This document shows positions 29,891-41,346 of a stretch of 64,000 nt of DNA, one piece after another. Source of the stretch: a bacterium (GTDB lineage Bacteria > Bacillota > Limnochordia > DTU080 > RSA5); NCBI GenBank assembly GCA_002919195.1, contig PKEU01000123.1, positions 15,003-79,002 on the forward strand, in the 5' to 3' direction. The notes below the pieces were generated by a model. The model ran no database searches, had not been told where the DNA came from, and saw nothing but the letters and a program-made list of their open reading frames with translations. Both the position numbers and the translations under genes were made by a program. Position 1 is the first letter of the stretch, and each line of letters begins with the position of its first letter.

Positions 29891-31345
29891 TTGTGGAAAG
29901 TGCTTTCTTGTGTGCGTGCGAAAAACCCCAGCACCATGGGCCTGACAAGGATCGGCGACCGGTGGACAGGGAGGTTCATCGCGTTGGCGGTGGCGGGTGC
30001 GCCGGGCTTATCTCCGGTTTGGATCGCCGCGATGGTGGTTGTCGCGATGGTGATTGGCGCCGGGGCAGGCTACTATGTGAGTGTTCCGGCGGACGGAATC
30101 GTTCCAGGGGTGCACGTCGCGGGCATCCCCGTGGGAGGCCTCACGCCTCGCGAAGCAGAGGCCGTCTTGGCGCACCGCCTGGAAGCGTTGATGGAAAGAC
30201 CGCTCTACCTTCATTATGGGAGCGAGGTGTGGCAGGAAGCGCCCCGGGCCATCGGAATCGAGATTGACCTTTCTGGGACCATTGCGAAAGCGTACGCTGT
30301 CGGCCGGGAAGGCGGCTGGGTACGGCGGCTGAATGAGCAACTGGCCGCCGCATGGCGAGGCATTGAGTCGCAGGTTGAAATCAAGGTGGATCAAGCCCGC
30401 TTTGATGCCTGGTTGCAAGACTTCGCCCGCCGCGTCGAGCGGCCGCCCAAAGACGCTGGTTTCGCCGTTCGCGCGGGCGGCGACGTCGTGGTGATTCCTT
30501 CCGAGATGGGCTACCGGCTGGCGAGCGACGGCCTTGCGCAGCGGATCGCCCGAGCCGCGGTTGACCCCTATGCGAGGGCGGTCCGCGTGACGGTCAATCC
30601 CGTTGAGCCGGCATGGACCACGGTCGACGCTGAAGCGTTGGGCATCCGCAAGCAGATCGCCTCCTTTACCACCCGGTTTCATCCGGCCGACGTCAACCGG
30701 ACCGCTAACATTTACGTCGCGGCCCAAGCGCTCGACGGCACAATTCTCCGGCCCGGAGAGCTTTTCTCTTTTAACCAGCGCGTCGGGCCTCGCGTCGAGG
30801 CCGCCGGTTATAAGGAAGCGCCGGTGATCATCAACGGCGAGCTGGTGCCCGACATCGGCGGCGGGGTGTGCCAGGTGTCGACCACGCTCTACGGCGCGGT
30901 CCTCCTGGCGGGCCTCAAGGTCGACGCCCGCACGCCTCACTCCATCCCCGTCTCCTACGTGCCCATGGGGTTGGATGCGGCGGTGGTTTACGACGCCGTC
31001 GACTTTCGTTTTCAAAACAATACGTCAGGGCACTTGCTGGTGCGAGCGTGGGTCGAGCAAGACCGACTGACCGTGGCGCTCTACGGCGAGGGTCCCGCCG
31101 ATCGGCCGGTTGGCCTTGAAACCGAGATCGTCGAAGTGATCGCTGCCCCAATGGTGAGGGTCGTCCGGCCGGAGTTGGCCGGCGGCGAGCAGCGCATCGT
31201 ACGAGCGGGGCGGGAGGGCTATCGGGTTCGCGTGTGGCGGGTGATCGAAACTCCCGAAGGGATCAAAAAGCGGGAGCTTGTCTCCCGGTCGTACTACCCC
31301 GCCCGGGAACGGGTGATCTGGGTCGGAGCCGAGAGCGCGGTTTGA
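29891..31345 (+). CDS. VanW family protein (N-terminal TM, peptidoglycan-binding-like domain, VanW domain)
   Basis: TM AAMVVVAMVIGAGAGYYV. C-terminal ...ANIYVAAQALDGTILRPGELFSFNQRVGPR...GGGVCQVSTTLYGAVLLAGL... is the VanW signature. Confidence 0.8.
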   Translation: MWKVLSCVRAKNPSTMGLTRIGDRWTGRFIALAVAGAPGLSPVWIAAMVVVAMVIGAGAGYYVSVPADGIVPGVHVAGIPVGGLTPREAEAVLAHRLEALMERPLYLHYGSEVWQEAPRAIGIEIDLSGTIAKAYAVGREGGWVRRLNEQLAAAWRGIESQVEIKVDQARFDAWLQDFARRVERPPKDAGFAVRAGGDVVVIPSEMGYRLASDGLAQRIARAAVDPYARAVRVTVNPVEPAWTTVDAEALGIRKQIASFTTRFHPADVNRTANIYVAAQALDGTILRPGELFSFNQRVGPRVEAAGYKEAPVIINGELVPDIGGGVCQVSTTLYGAVLLAGLKVDARTPHSIPVSYVPMGLDAAVVYDAVDFRFQNNTSGHLLVRAWVEQDRLTVALYGEGPADRPVGLETEIVEVIAAPMVRVVRPELAGGEQRIVRAGREGYRVRVWRVIETPEGIKKRELVSRSYYPARERVIWVGAESAV

Positions 31346-31450
31346 CGACGCCCCTGTGGAATCAACGGCCGGTCCGGACTGAATGCAGCGAGAAGGTTCG
31401 GCAGGCCTTGGCACGAACTGATCAAGGATCATCGTTGGGGGAGGATCCAG

Positions 31451-32377
31451 ATGGCCAGGTACGCGTTTTTCGAGGGGAAGTTTGTCCCTCTCGAAGAGGC
31501 CAAGATCAGCGTACAGACGCACGCTTTTCTCTACGGAACCGGGGTCTTTGAAGGCATCCGGGCGTACTGGGTCGAGGAGGAAGAGGACCTCCTGATCTTT
31601 CGCATGCGTGAGCACTACGAAAGGCTCCTCAACTCCTGTAAGATCTTGCAGATCAAACCCAAGTACGGCTTGGATGAACTCTGCCAGATCACCATCGAAC
31701 TCCTGGCCAGAAACGGCGACAGGGAAGACGTCTACATCCGTCCGGTCTACTACAAGAGCCAGTTGGGGATCGGTGTGCAGCTGGCAGGGATCGCCGACGA
31801 GTTCGTCGTCTTTTCGGTGCCCATGGGCCCTTACTTGGATCTTGAAAAGGGCCTGCGGGTGAAAGTGACGTCGTGGCGGCATATCAACGATAACGCGATC
31901 CCGATGCGGGCCAAAGTCAACGGTGCGTACGTCAACGCGGCACTGGCCAAGTCGGATGCGCTCCTCGACGGGTACGACGAGAGCATCTTTTTGACCGACG
32001 ACGGCCACGTCTCGGAGGGGAGCGCCGAAAACCTCTTTATCGTCCGCAACGGCCAGTTGATCACTCCCCCTGTCACGGATGACATCCTTGAAGGAATTAC
32101 CCGTTCCACGGTGATCGAGTTGGCCCGGGAGGAGCTGGGCCTGAAAGTGATCGAGCGGCCCATCGACCGTTCGGAGCTCTACATCGCTGATGAGGCCTTT
32201 TTCGTCGGCACCGGCGCCCAGGTGGCTCCGATCGCCGAAATCGATCGCCGCACCATCGGCGACGGCCGCATCGGCCCTATCAGCCGCAAGGTGCAACAGC
32301 TCTATTTTGACGTGGTCAAGGGAAGAGTACCCAAATACAGACACTGGTGCCAACCGGTCCGCGGGGCAAACCGCTGA
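31451..32377 (+). CDS. ilvE: Branched-chain amino acid aminotransferase
   Basis: MARYAFFEGKFVPLEEAKISVQTHAFLYGTGVFEGIRAY. Class IV PLP aminotransferase, 308 aa. Confidence 0.9.
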   Translation: MARYAFFEGKFVPLEEAKISVQTHAFLYGTGVFEGIRAYWVEEEEDLLIFRMREHYERLLNSCKILQIKPKYGLDELCQITIELLARNGDREDVYIRPVYYKSQLGIGVQLAGIADEFVVFSVPMGPYLDLEKGLRVKVTSWRHINDNAIPMRAKVNGAYVNAALAKSDALLDGYDESIFLTDDGHVSEGSAENLFIVRNGQLITPPVTDDILEGITRSTVIELAREELGLKVIERPIDRSELYIADEAFFVGTGAQVAPIAEIDRRTIGDGRIGPISRKVQQLYFDVVKGRVPKYRHWCQPVRGANR

Positions 32378-32440
32378 TCGGAAAAGGCGCGAAGGACGCG
32401 GCGATCTGCCCGCGCCTTGAACGAAGTGGAGGTCAGGCGG

Positions 32441-33571
32441 GTGAAGTTTCTCGAGTACCAGGCTAAAGAGGTGTTTGCTGCAGCCGGCATCCCGACGCCC
32501 CAAGGGAAAGTGGCGGCGACAGCCGGAGAGGCCCGGGCCATTGCTGAAGAGCTGGGTGGCGCTGTCGTCGTCAAGGCTCAGGTGCCTATTGGCGGCCGGG
32601 GCAAAGCCGGGGGCGTCGCGGTGGTGAAGAGCGCTGCCGAGGCCGAAAAAGAGGCCCAGCGCATCTTGTCGATGGAGATCCGTGGCTACCCCGTCGACGA
32701 GGTCCTAATTGAAAAGGCTGCGGATATTAAAGCCGAGTTTTACCTGGGCGTGACGGTCGATCGTGCCCGGCAGGCGCCGGTCTTGATCGTCTCGTCCGCC
32801 GGAGGCATGGATATCGAAGAAGTGGCCGCGACGCATCCCGACAAAGTGGCCAAAGTCTGGATCGATCCTTTGATCGGGCTGAGGCCGTTTCAGGTCAAGG
32901 AGGCTTGCTACCGGGCCCAAGTGCCTCCCGAGCTGATCCAGGAGATGTCGGGCTTCATCGAAAAGGTGTACCGGGTCTTTAAAGAGCAGGATGCTATCTT
33001 GGTCGAGATCAACCCGCTCGCTCTTTTAGGCAGCGGCGAACTCATTGCCCTCGACGGCAAGATGGAGACCGACGACAACGCGCGCTTTCGCCATCCCGAC
33101 GCCAAGGGCGTCGACGAGCAGGCGGAGCATCCTTTGGAGCAGCGAGCCAAGGAGCTTGGCCTCTCCTACGTCAAGCTGGACGGCGAGGTGGGGATCGTCG
33201 GCAACGGGGCGGGCCTCGTGATGACCACCCTCGATATGATCCAGCGGCACGGCGGCAAAGCTGCCAACTTCCTCGACATCGGCGGCGGCGCCAAGGCCGA
33301 GGTGGTCAAAAACGGGCTCAGCCTCATCCTCTCCGACCCCGATGTCAAGTCGATCCTCATCAATGTCTTTGGCGGCATCACCCGCTGTGACGAGGTGGCC
33401 AAGGGCCTTTTGTCGGTGATCCAAGAGATGGAGGTCCACGTGCCCATCGTCGTCCGCCTGGCGGGCACCCGGGCCGAGGAAGGCAGGGCGCTCCTCGCCG
33501 AGAGCCACTTGGCCACGGCCGAGAGCTTCCAAGAGGCGGCCAAGAAAGCGGTGGAGCTGGCCCGGGCTTGA
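32441..33571 (+). CDS. sucC: Succinate--CoA ligase [ADP-forming] subunit beta. GTG at 32441; the ORF begins at 32417.
   Basis: MKFLEYQAKEVFAAAGIPTP..., ATP-grasp, and CoA-ligase domains. GGAGG lies 8 nt upstream of the GTG. Confidence 0.93.
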   Translation: MKFLEYQAKEVFAAAGIPTPQGKVAATAGEARAIAEELGGAVVVKAQVPIGGRGKAGGVAVVKSAAEAEKEAQRILSMEIRGYPVDEVLIEKAADIKAEFYLGVTVDRARQAPVLIVSSAGGMDIEEVAATHPDKVAKVWIDPLIGLRPFQVKEACYRAQVPPELIQEMSGFIEKVYRVFKEQDAILVEINPLALLGSGELIALDGKMETDDNARFRHPDAKGVDEQAEHPLEQRAKELGLSYVKLDGEVGIVGNGAGLVMTTLDMIQRHGGKAANFLDIGGGAKAEVVKNGLSLILSDPDVKSILINVFGGITRCDEVAKGLLSVIQEMEVHVPIVVRLAGTRAEEGRALLAESHLATAESFQEAAKKAVELARA

Positions 33572-33614
33572 CGTCCCAGGGTAGCTAGAGAGGTCGAAGG
33601 AGGTTTGGCTCGCT

Positions 33615-34481
33615 TTGAGCATCTTGGTTAACAACAAGACGCGCTTATTGGTCCAGGGAATCACAGGGCGGGAAGGCGCCTTTCACACCAAGCAGATGCT
33701 GGCCTACGGCACCCAGGTGGTGGCCGGCGTCACCCCGGGGAAAGCAGGCGAGAGCGTCGAGGGAGTGCCCGTCTACAACACCGTGCGGGAGGCCGTCGAC
33801 AAGCACGGCGTCAACACCAGCATCATTTTCGTGCCGCCCCGCTTTGCAGCCGACGCCGCGCTGGAGGCGATCGACGCCGGCATCGAGCTGGTCGTCTGCA
33901 TCACCGAGTGGATCCCGGTTCACGAGATGATGGAGGTGACGGCCTACGCCCGGGCCAAGGGGACGCGCCTTGTAGGTCCCAACTGCCCGGGGGTGATTTC
34001 GCCCGGCGAGGCGCTGGTAGGGATTTTGCCTGGCGGCATCTTCAAGCCGGGTCCGGTGGGTCTCGTCTCCCGCAGCGGCACGCTCACCTACGAGGTGGTC
34101 AACGAGCTCACCACCCGGGGAATCGGCCAGTCGACGTGCGTCGGCATCGGGGGCGACCCGATCATCGGCACGCGGTTTATCGACGTGCTCAGGTTGTTTG
34201 AGGAAGATCCCCAGACCGAAGTGATCGTGATGATCGGCGAGATCGGCGGCTCCGATGAGGAAGAGGCGGCCGAGTACATCAAGACGATGAAAAAGCCGGT
34301 GGTCGGCTTCATCTCGGGCCGCACGGCGCCGCCGGGCAAGCGGATGGGCCATGCGGGCGCCATCATCTCAGGCAATACGGGCACGGCCGAGAGCAAGATC
34401 CGGGCGCTCACCGCTGCCAACGTCCCGGTGGCCGATACGATCAATGAGATCGTTGATCTCGTGGAGCAGCGGCTGAAATAG
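33615..34481 (+). CDS. sucD: Succinate--CoA ligase subunit alpha
   Basis: [45 protein letters not shown], ...SRSGTLTYE..., and the catalytic His region GHAGAII. Confidence 0.95.
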   Translation: MSILVNNKTRLLVQGITGREGAFHTKQMLAYGTQVVAGVTPGKAGESVEGVPVYNTVREAVDKHGVNTSIIFVPPRFAADAALEAIDAGIELVVCITEWIPVHEMMEVTAYARAKGTRLVGPNCPGVISPGEALVGILPGGIFKPGPVGLVSRSGTLTYEVVNELTTRGIGQSTCVGIGGDPIIGTRFIDVLRLFEEDPQTEVIVMIGEIGGSDEEEAAEYIKTMKKPVVGFISGRTAPPGKRMGHAGAIISGNTGTAESKIRALTAANVPVADTINEIVDLVEQRLK

Positions 34482-34516
34482 CCGGTTGCAACACACCTCG
34501 GACCGAAAAGAACTCT

Positions 34517-34550
34517 GGGAAGAGCCCATGCTCTTCCCTTTTTTCTTTTG
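34517..34550 (+). terminator. Rho-independent terminator after sucD
   Basis: GGGAAGAGC-ccat-GCTCTTCCC stem-loop followed by TTTTTTCTTTTG. Confidence 0.7.
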
Positions 34551-34912
34551 GCTAGCTTCCGCGGTCACTACTTCTTTGGCTTTTCGCGGCGAGGGGTTTG
34601 AGACGAGCTCCCTTGATCAAAAGCTTTTCGCGCCCTTGCCGCCCTGCTCCATCTAGCCCCGCTTTCTCACGATGAGGAGGGTCTTGCCCCGCCGTTTCAA
34701 GATGGGATTGAGCACGAGCCCAAGCAAGCGGATCAGCATCGCATAAGCCTCCCTTTTGGGCCATACTTGAATGGAGCGGCGCTGTATTATACAACGGCCG
34801 GGCTTTGCCTGTTACAGCCGAAGGACGCCGCGGGGGCGGCGCGACCAGAGGGGAATATCCCATCGAAGCGAAAGGAAGAAATCATGAGGAGCTCCAACAG
34901 GGGGCGACGCGC

Positions 34913-36022
34913 GTGACAAACGATGCGTTTCCGGCCAAACCCACGCCCCTCGTCCAGCGCCACCAGGCTCTTGGCGCGCGGATGATCGACTTTGCGGGCT
35001 TTTGGCTGCCGGTGCAGTACACCAGCGTCTTGAGCGAATGCCGGGCGGTCCGCGAGGCCGTAGGGATTTTTGATCTTTCGCACATGGGAGAGTTCTCTTT
35101 TTCCGGCCCCGACGCTCTGGCGAATCTGCAGCGCCTCTTGACCAACGACGCGGCGCGCCTTGGGCCGGGCCGAGCCCAGTACACCCTCCTCTGCAACGAG
35201 AAAGGGGGAGTCGTCGACGACGTCATCTTGTACCGTCTGTCCGACGAGGAGTACTGGATGGTGGTCAACGCCGCCAACATCGAAAAGGATCGGGCGTGGA
35301 TCCAAGAGCGGCTGTCGGGGCGCGTGGCGTTTCATGATCGAAGTGACGAGACCGCGCTGATCGCGGTGCAGGGGCCCAGGGCCGAAGCGTGCGTGAAGCT
35401 GCTGGCGGGCGAGGAGCCGGCCAGGCTCCAGCCCTTTCAAGCCTGCACTGCCCGCGTGGATGGGGTCGAGATCCTCTTTTCCCGCACGGGGTACACGGGG
35501 GAAGACGGTTTCGAGCTCTACCTCGATCCCGCCGCAGCGCCCGCGATCTGGGACCGCCTGCTCGGGCTGGGCCAGCCGCTAGGAATGCTGCCCGCGGGCC
35601 TCGGCGCCCGGGATACCTTGCGGCTCGAAGCGGGTTTTCCCCTCTACGGCAACGAGTTGACCGAAGAGATCTCACCCTTGGCGGCGGGCTTGTCCTTTGC
35701 GGTCAAGCTGGAGAAGGGCGACTTTACCGGCCGGGATGCCCTGCTCCGGGAGCGGGAGCGGGGGAGCCGCCTCAAGCTGGTCCGCTTTGAGATGACCGAG
35801 CGCGGCGTGCCCCGCAGCGGGTATCCCATCTGGCACGACGGGGCCCAGGTGGGCTGGGTGACGAGCGGCGCGTTTTCCCCGACCTTGGGGAAAGATATTG
35901 GGATGGGGTACGTACCACTGGCGCTAGCCGAAACCGCCACCGGCCTGGAAGTCGAGATCCGGGGGAAGTTGAAAAAAGCGCGCATCGTAAAAGGCCGCTT
36001 TCTCCGCCGCGAAAGAGCGTGA
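34913..36022 (+). CDS. gcvT: Glycine cleavage system aminomethyltransferase T. GTG at 34913; the ORF begins at 34805.
   Basis: ...PTPLVQRHQALGARMIDFAGFWLPVQYTSVLSECRAVREAVGIFDLSHMGEF... is the GcvT signature. About 369 aa. Confidence 0.93.
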   Translation: MTNDAFPAKPTPLVQRHQALGARMIDFAGFWLPVQYTSVLSECRAVREAVGIFDLSHMGEFSFSGPDALANLQRLLTNDAARLGPGRAQYTLLCNEKGGVVDDVILYRLSDEEYWMVVNAANIEKDRAWIQERLSGRVAFHDRSDETALIAVQGPRAEACVKLLAGEEPARLQPFQACTARVDGVEILFSRTGYTGEDGFELYLDPAAAPAIWDRLLGLGQPLGMLPAGLGARDTLRLEAGFPLYGNELTEEISPLAAGLSFAVKLEKGDFTGRDALLRERERGSRLKLVRFEMTERGVPRSGYPIWHDGAQVGWVTSGAFSPTLGKDIGMGYVPLALAETATGLEVEIRGKLKKARIVKGRFLRRERA

Positions 36023-36068
36023 GGAGGCGCCTTTTCGTTTTTCGGGTCCGGCTAAGGAGCCGGACGAG

Positions 36069-36509
36069 ATGGCGCTACGCCGATTGGGCGAAAGGCGCAG
36101 CGATCTTATGCTAGGAGGGCATACCTTGGTTCCCGAAGAGCTGCGATACACCAAAGAGCACGAATGGTTGCGCCTCGAGGGGAGCAACCTGGCTCGTGTC
36201 GGCATCACCCACTACGCGCAAAGCGAGCTGGGCGATGTCGTCTACGTCGACTTGCCGGAGCCCGGCGATCGGGTCAAGGCGGGCGGGAGCTTTGCCGTGG
36301 TGGAGTCGGTCAAAGCGGTCTCCGACATCTATTCGCCGGTCGACGGCCGTATCGTGGAAGTCAACAAAGACCTGGAGAACCGGCCTGAGCTCATCAATGA
36401 GGACCCGTACGGTCAAGGATGGATCGCGCTGATCGAGATGGACGACCCCAGGGCTTTTGAAGAGCAGCTCACTGCTGCCGAGTACCGAGAGCACATCGGG
36501 GAGGCGTGA
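36069..36509 (+). CDS. gcvH: Glycine cleavage system H protein. An alternative start is the ATG at 36108.
   Basis: ...YTKEHEWLRLEGSNLARVGITHYAQSELGDVVYVDLPEPGDRVKAGGSFAVVESVKAVSDIYSPV... with the lipoyl-lysine motif ESVKA. TAAGGAG lies 9 nt before 36069. Confidence 0.9.
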   Translation: MALRRLGERRSDLMLGGHTLVPEELRYTKEHEWLRLEGSNLARVGITHYAQSELGDVVYVDLPEPGDRVKAGGSFAVVESVKAVSDIYSPVDGRIVEVNKDLENRPELINEDPYGQGWIALIEMDDPRAFEEQLTAAEYREHIGEA

Positions 36510-36519
36510 GGGAAGAAAA

Positions 36520-37866
36520 GTGGACTACATACCGACGACCCCCGAGCAACGGGATCACATGCTGCGGACGATCGGCGTCGATTCGGTAGAGGAGCTTTTC
36601 GCCGACATCCCCGAGACGCTCAGGCTCAAGAGAAGGCTCGACCTGCCCCAGGGGATGACCGAAGCCGAGCTCTTGCGGCACATGCGCGAGCTTGCGGGGA
36701 AAAATCGGCACCTCGATGAGCTCGTCTGCTTTGCGGGAGGCGGGGCGTACGATCACATCGTCCCCGCGGCCGTCCGCACGGTGATCAGCCGCTCCGAGTT
36801 TTACACGTCCTACACGCCCTATCAGGCCGAGATCACCCAGGGCGTCCTCCAGACCATCTTTGAATACCAGACCCTCATCTGCCAGCTGACCGGGATGGAC
36901 GTGGCCAACGCCTCCCTTTACGACGGGGCTTCGGCCGCGGCCGAGGGGATGATCATCACCTGTGCCCATACGGGCAGGAGCCGGGTGCTGGTGGCGGAGA
37001 CGTGCCATCCCGAGTACCGCCAGGTGGTCGAGACCTACCTGCGGCACCAGGGGATCGCCGTCGATACTGTGCCGGCTCGGGAGGGCGTCATCGACCTCGA
37101 GGCGCTTGACGAAAGGCTGGAGAACGATGTCGCAGGCCTCTTGGTGCAGCACCCCAACTTTTTCGGCCACTTGGAGCCGGTCCGCGAGGCTGGGGAAACT
37201 GTGCACGCCGCCGGCGGGCTGTTTGTCGTCTCGGTCGACCCCATTTCGCTTGGGCTTCTTGCGCCTCCAGGCTCCTACGGCGCGGACGTCGCGGTGGGCG
37301 AGGGGCAGTCGCTCGGCAACCACCTCTCCTTTGGCGGCCCGTATCTGGGGTTTCTCGCGGTCCGAGAGGAGCTCGTCCGTCGCATCCCTGGGCGCATCGT
37401 GGGCGAGACCGTCGACGCCCAGGGAAGGCGGGGCTATGTCTTGACGCTGCAGACTCGTGAGCAGCATATCCGCCGGGAACGGGCGACGTCCAACATCTGC
37501 ACCAACCAAGCGCTCAACGCCCTGGCCGCCAGCGCGTACCTCGCGCTGATTGGGAAAGAGGGCTTGCAAGAGGTGGCCCGGCTCTCTTTTCAAAAGGCGC
37601 ATTACCTTGCCAGTCGCCTTGAAGAGAGTTCCAAGGTGCGACGGCCCTGGCAGCAGCCCTATTTCAAGGAGTTTGTCATCGAAACCGATCTGCCCGCGAC
37701 CGAGCTGCAATCACGCCTTGTCCAAGAGGGTTTCGTCGCCGGGCCGGCTTTCTCGCAAGTTGGCCTCGCGCCCGAAACCGCCCTCATCGTTTGCGCGACT
37801 GAGGCCCGGACGAAGCGCGAGATCGACCGTTTCGTCGAGGCAGTGACCCATGCTACAGGCCGTTGA
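36520..37866 (+). CDS. gcvPA: Glycine dehydrogenase (decarboxylating) subunit 1. GTG at 36520.
   Basis: VDYIPTTPEQRDHMLRTIGVDSVEELFADIP N-terminus. Follows the gcvH stop by 10 nt. Confidence 0.93.
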   Translation: MDYIPTTPEQRDHMLRTIGVDSVEELFADIPETLRLKRRLDLPQGMTEAELLRHMRELAGKNRHLDELVCFAGGGAYDHIVPAAVRTVISRSEFYTSYTPYQAEITQGVLQTIFEYQTLICQLTGMDVANASLYDGASAAAEGMIITCAHTGRSRVLVAETCHPEYRQVVETYLRHQGIAVDTVPAREGVIDLEALDERLENDVAGLLVQHPNFFGHLEPVREAGETVHAAGGLFVVSVDPISLGLLAPPGSYGADVAVGEGQSLGNHLSFGGPYLGFLAVREELVRRIPGRIVGETVDAQGRRGYVLTLQTREQHIRRERATSNICTNQALNALAASAYLALIGKEGLQEVARLSFQKAHYLASRLEESSKVRRPWQQPYFKEFVIETDLPATELQSRLVQEGFVAGPAFSQVGLAPETALIVCATEARTKREIDRFVEAVTHATGR

Positions 37867-37915
37867 CGGGCGATGGTCCAAGCTATGAGCGCGGGCACTT
37901 TGGAGGGACGTAGCA

Positions 37916-39406
<1,491 letters not shown>

Positions 39407-39410
39407 TGCC

Positions 39411-40313
39411 ATGAAGACGTGGAGACTGGTCCATTCCGGCCACCTTTCCGGCGCGGCCAACATGGCCATCGACGAGGCGATCCTGCACGGGGTGGCCCAG
39501 GGAGGCCGGCCCACGCTGCGCTTTTACGGTTGGGAACCCCCCGCCATCTCGGTAGGCGTGTTTCAAGACGTGGAAAACGAGATCGACCTTGTGATGTGCA
39601 AGAGCCTGGGCATCGACGTGGTGCGCCGGCCCACGGGAGGCAGGGCCGTCTTGCACGATGTCGAAGTCACCTATTCGTTGATCCTGCCCGAAGAGAGCGG
39701 GATCATTCCCAAGGGGATCACCGAGTCGTACCGCGCCGTCAGCGAGGGGATCGTGCGAGGTCTTGTGTCTTTGGGCCTCGACGCCAAGATGGTCTCGCTG
39801 CGCCGCAAAGGGGAAGAGGCGGCGCCTGCAATGCATGCGCCCCGTTCCGGGCGGTCCGTGATCACCGTGGAGGCGCCCGATCAGGGGAGCGCCTCAGCAG
39901 CTTGTTTCGATTCCCCGTCGTGGTATGAGGTGACGGTGGGCGGCAAAAAGATCGTGGGCAGCGCGCAGATGCGCCGGATGGGCGTCTTGTTGCAGCACGG
40001 ATCGATCCCGCTGGAGCTGGACGCGGAGAAGTTTTTCGCATGCCTGCATTTCCCCTCCCGGGAGAGCCGGAAACGCGCGAAGGCGGCCTTTTTGGCCAAA
40101 GCCACTTCCGTCCGGGAAGAGTTGGGCCGGGATGTCTCGTTTATCGAGGTCAGCGAAGCCGTCGCCCAGGGGCTCAAAGAGGCCTTGGGCATCACCTTTG
40201 TCGAGGAGGAGCTGACGCCTTACGAGCTGGAGACAGCCGAGAAGCTGCTTCTCGCCAAGTACGCGCACCTCGACTGGCCCCAGCGGCAGCGAAAGGGGAG
40301 TCAAACGGCCTAG
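39411..40313 (+). CDS. Lipoate-protein ligase family protein (LplA/LipM-like octanoyl or lipoyl transferase), probably acting on GcvH
   Basis: MKTWRLVHSGHLSGAANMAIDEAILHG...RRPTGGRAVLHDVEVTYSLI has the BPL/LPL catalytic-domain signature. Immediately after gcvPB. Confidence 0.8.
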   Translation: MKTWRLVHSGHLSGAANMAIDEAILHGVAQGGRPTLRFYGWEPPAISVGVFQDVENEIDLVMCKSLGIDVVRRPTGGRAVLHDVEVTYSLILPEESGIIPKGITESYRAVSEGIVRGLVSLGLDAKMVSLRRKGEEAAPAMHAPRSGRSVITVEAPDQGSASAACFDSPSWYEVTVGGKKIVGSAQMRRMGVLLQHGSIPLELDAEKFFACLHFPSRESRKRAKAAFLAKATSVREELGRDVSFIEVSEAVAQGLKEALGITFVEEELTPYELETAEKLLLAKYAHLDWPQRQRKGSQTA

Positions 40314-40333
40314 CGCGCCTTGGCGGTTGGAGG

Positions 40334-41245
40334 ATGCGAGTCTTGGAGCGTGTCGGTTATTTAGGTCCCAGGGGCACCTTTACGGAGGAGGCTGCGGCCC
40401 GCTTTTTTCGCGTCCGTGCAGCGATCGACGCCAATCCCGGCGGAAAAGATGAGGCGGTCGAGCTGGTGCCCTACCGGACGATCCCTGAGCTCTTGGCCGA
40501 CGTCCAGGCGGGGCGGCTGGATAAGGGCGTGGTCCCGATCGAAAACTCCATCGAAGGCTCCGTCGCCGTGACGCTGGACGTCTTGGTGCACGAGGTCGAC
40601 CTCCAGATCAACGGGGAGGTCGTCCTTCCCATCCGCCATCACTTAATCGCGAAGCCTGGCGTCGCTTTAAACGAGATCCAGGAAGTCCTTTCCCATCCCC
40701 AGGCGCTCGCCCAGTGCCGCCGCAACTTGGAGAGGCTCCTGCCAGGAGTGCTCCAGTCGGCCGCCACCAGCACCGCAGAGGCGGCAAAGCTTGTGAAAGC
40801 CTCCGACCGGCCCATTGCCGCCCTTGGCACCCGGCTTGCGGCGCGTCTCAACGGCCTGGACGTGCTCTGCGAAGATATGCAGGATTTAGAGGATAACGCC
40901 ACCCGCTTTGTCGTGGTGGGCCGGGAGCTTTCCCCGCCTACGGGCCGGGATAAGACCTCCATCGTCTTTGCCTTTGCCGTGGACAGGCCAGGCAACTTGT
41001 ATCGCGCCCTCAAGGCTTTCGCCGATCGCAACATCAACCTGACCAAGCTCGAGTCGCGTCCGGCCAAGCGGAGTTTGGGCGACTACATCTTTTTCGTCGA
41101 TATGGAAGGGCATCTCGACGATGGGCCCATCCAGCAAGCCCTCCAACAAGTCCAACAAGAGTGCGCCTTTTTCAAGGTGCTGGGCGCATACCCGCGGGTA
41201 GATTATCACCGGGCGAAAAACGGGGCAAACGGCATCAGCATCTGA
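40334..41245 (+). CDS. pheA: Prephenate dehydratase with a C-terminal ACT domain. The start could be the TTG at 40343.
   Basis: MRVLERVGYLGPRGTFTEEAA...VPIENSIEGSV... (PDT domain) plus ACT (TSIVFAFAVDRPGNLYRALKAFADRNINLTKLESRP). Confidence 0.88.
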   Translation: MRVLERVGYLGPRGTFTEEAAARFFRVRAAIDANPGGKDEAVELVPYRTIPELLADVQAGRLDKGVVPIENSIEGSVAVTLDVLVHEVDLQINGEVVLPIRHHLIAKPGVALNEIQEVLSHPQALAQCRRNLERLLPGVLQSAATSTAEAAKLVKASDRPIAALGTRLAARLNGLDVLCEDMQDLEDNATRFVVVGRELSPPTGRDKTSIVFAFAVDRPGNLYRALKAFADRNINLTKLESRPAKRSLGDYIFFVDMEGHLDDGPIQQALQQVQQECAFFKVLGAYPRVDYHRAKNGANGISI

Positions 41246-41346
41246 GCGCGAAGATCGCGCGGGCTATTTCGCGCTTGACAGCCAAGGATCTCGCGATTAT
41301 CATTATCTTGGATTCAAGATATCGGAAGTCGAGAGGATTGAGGCGT

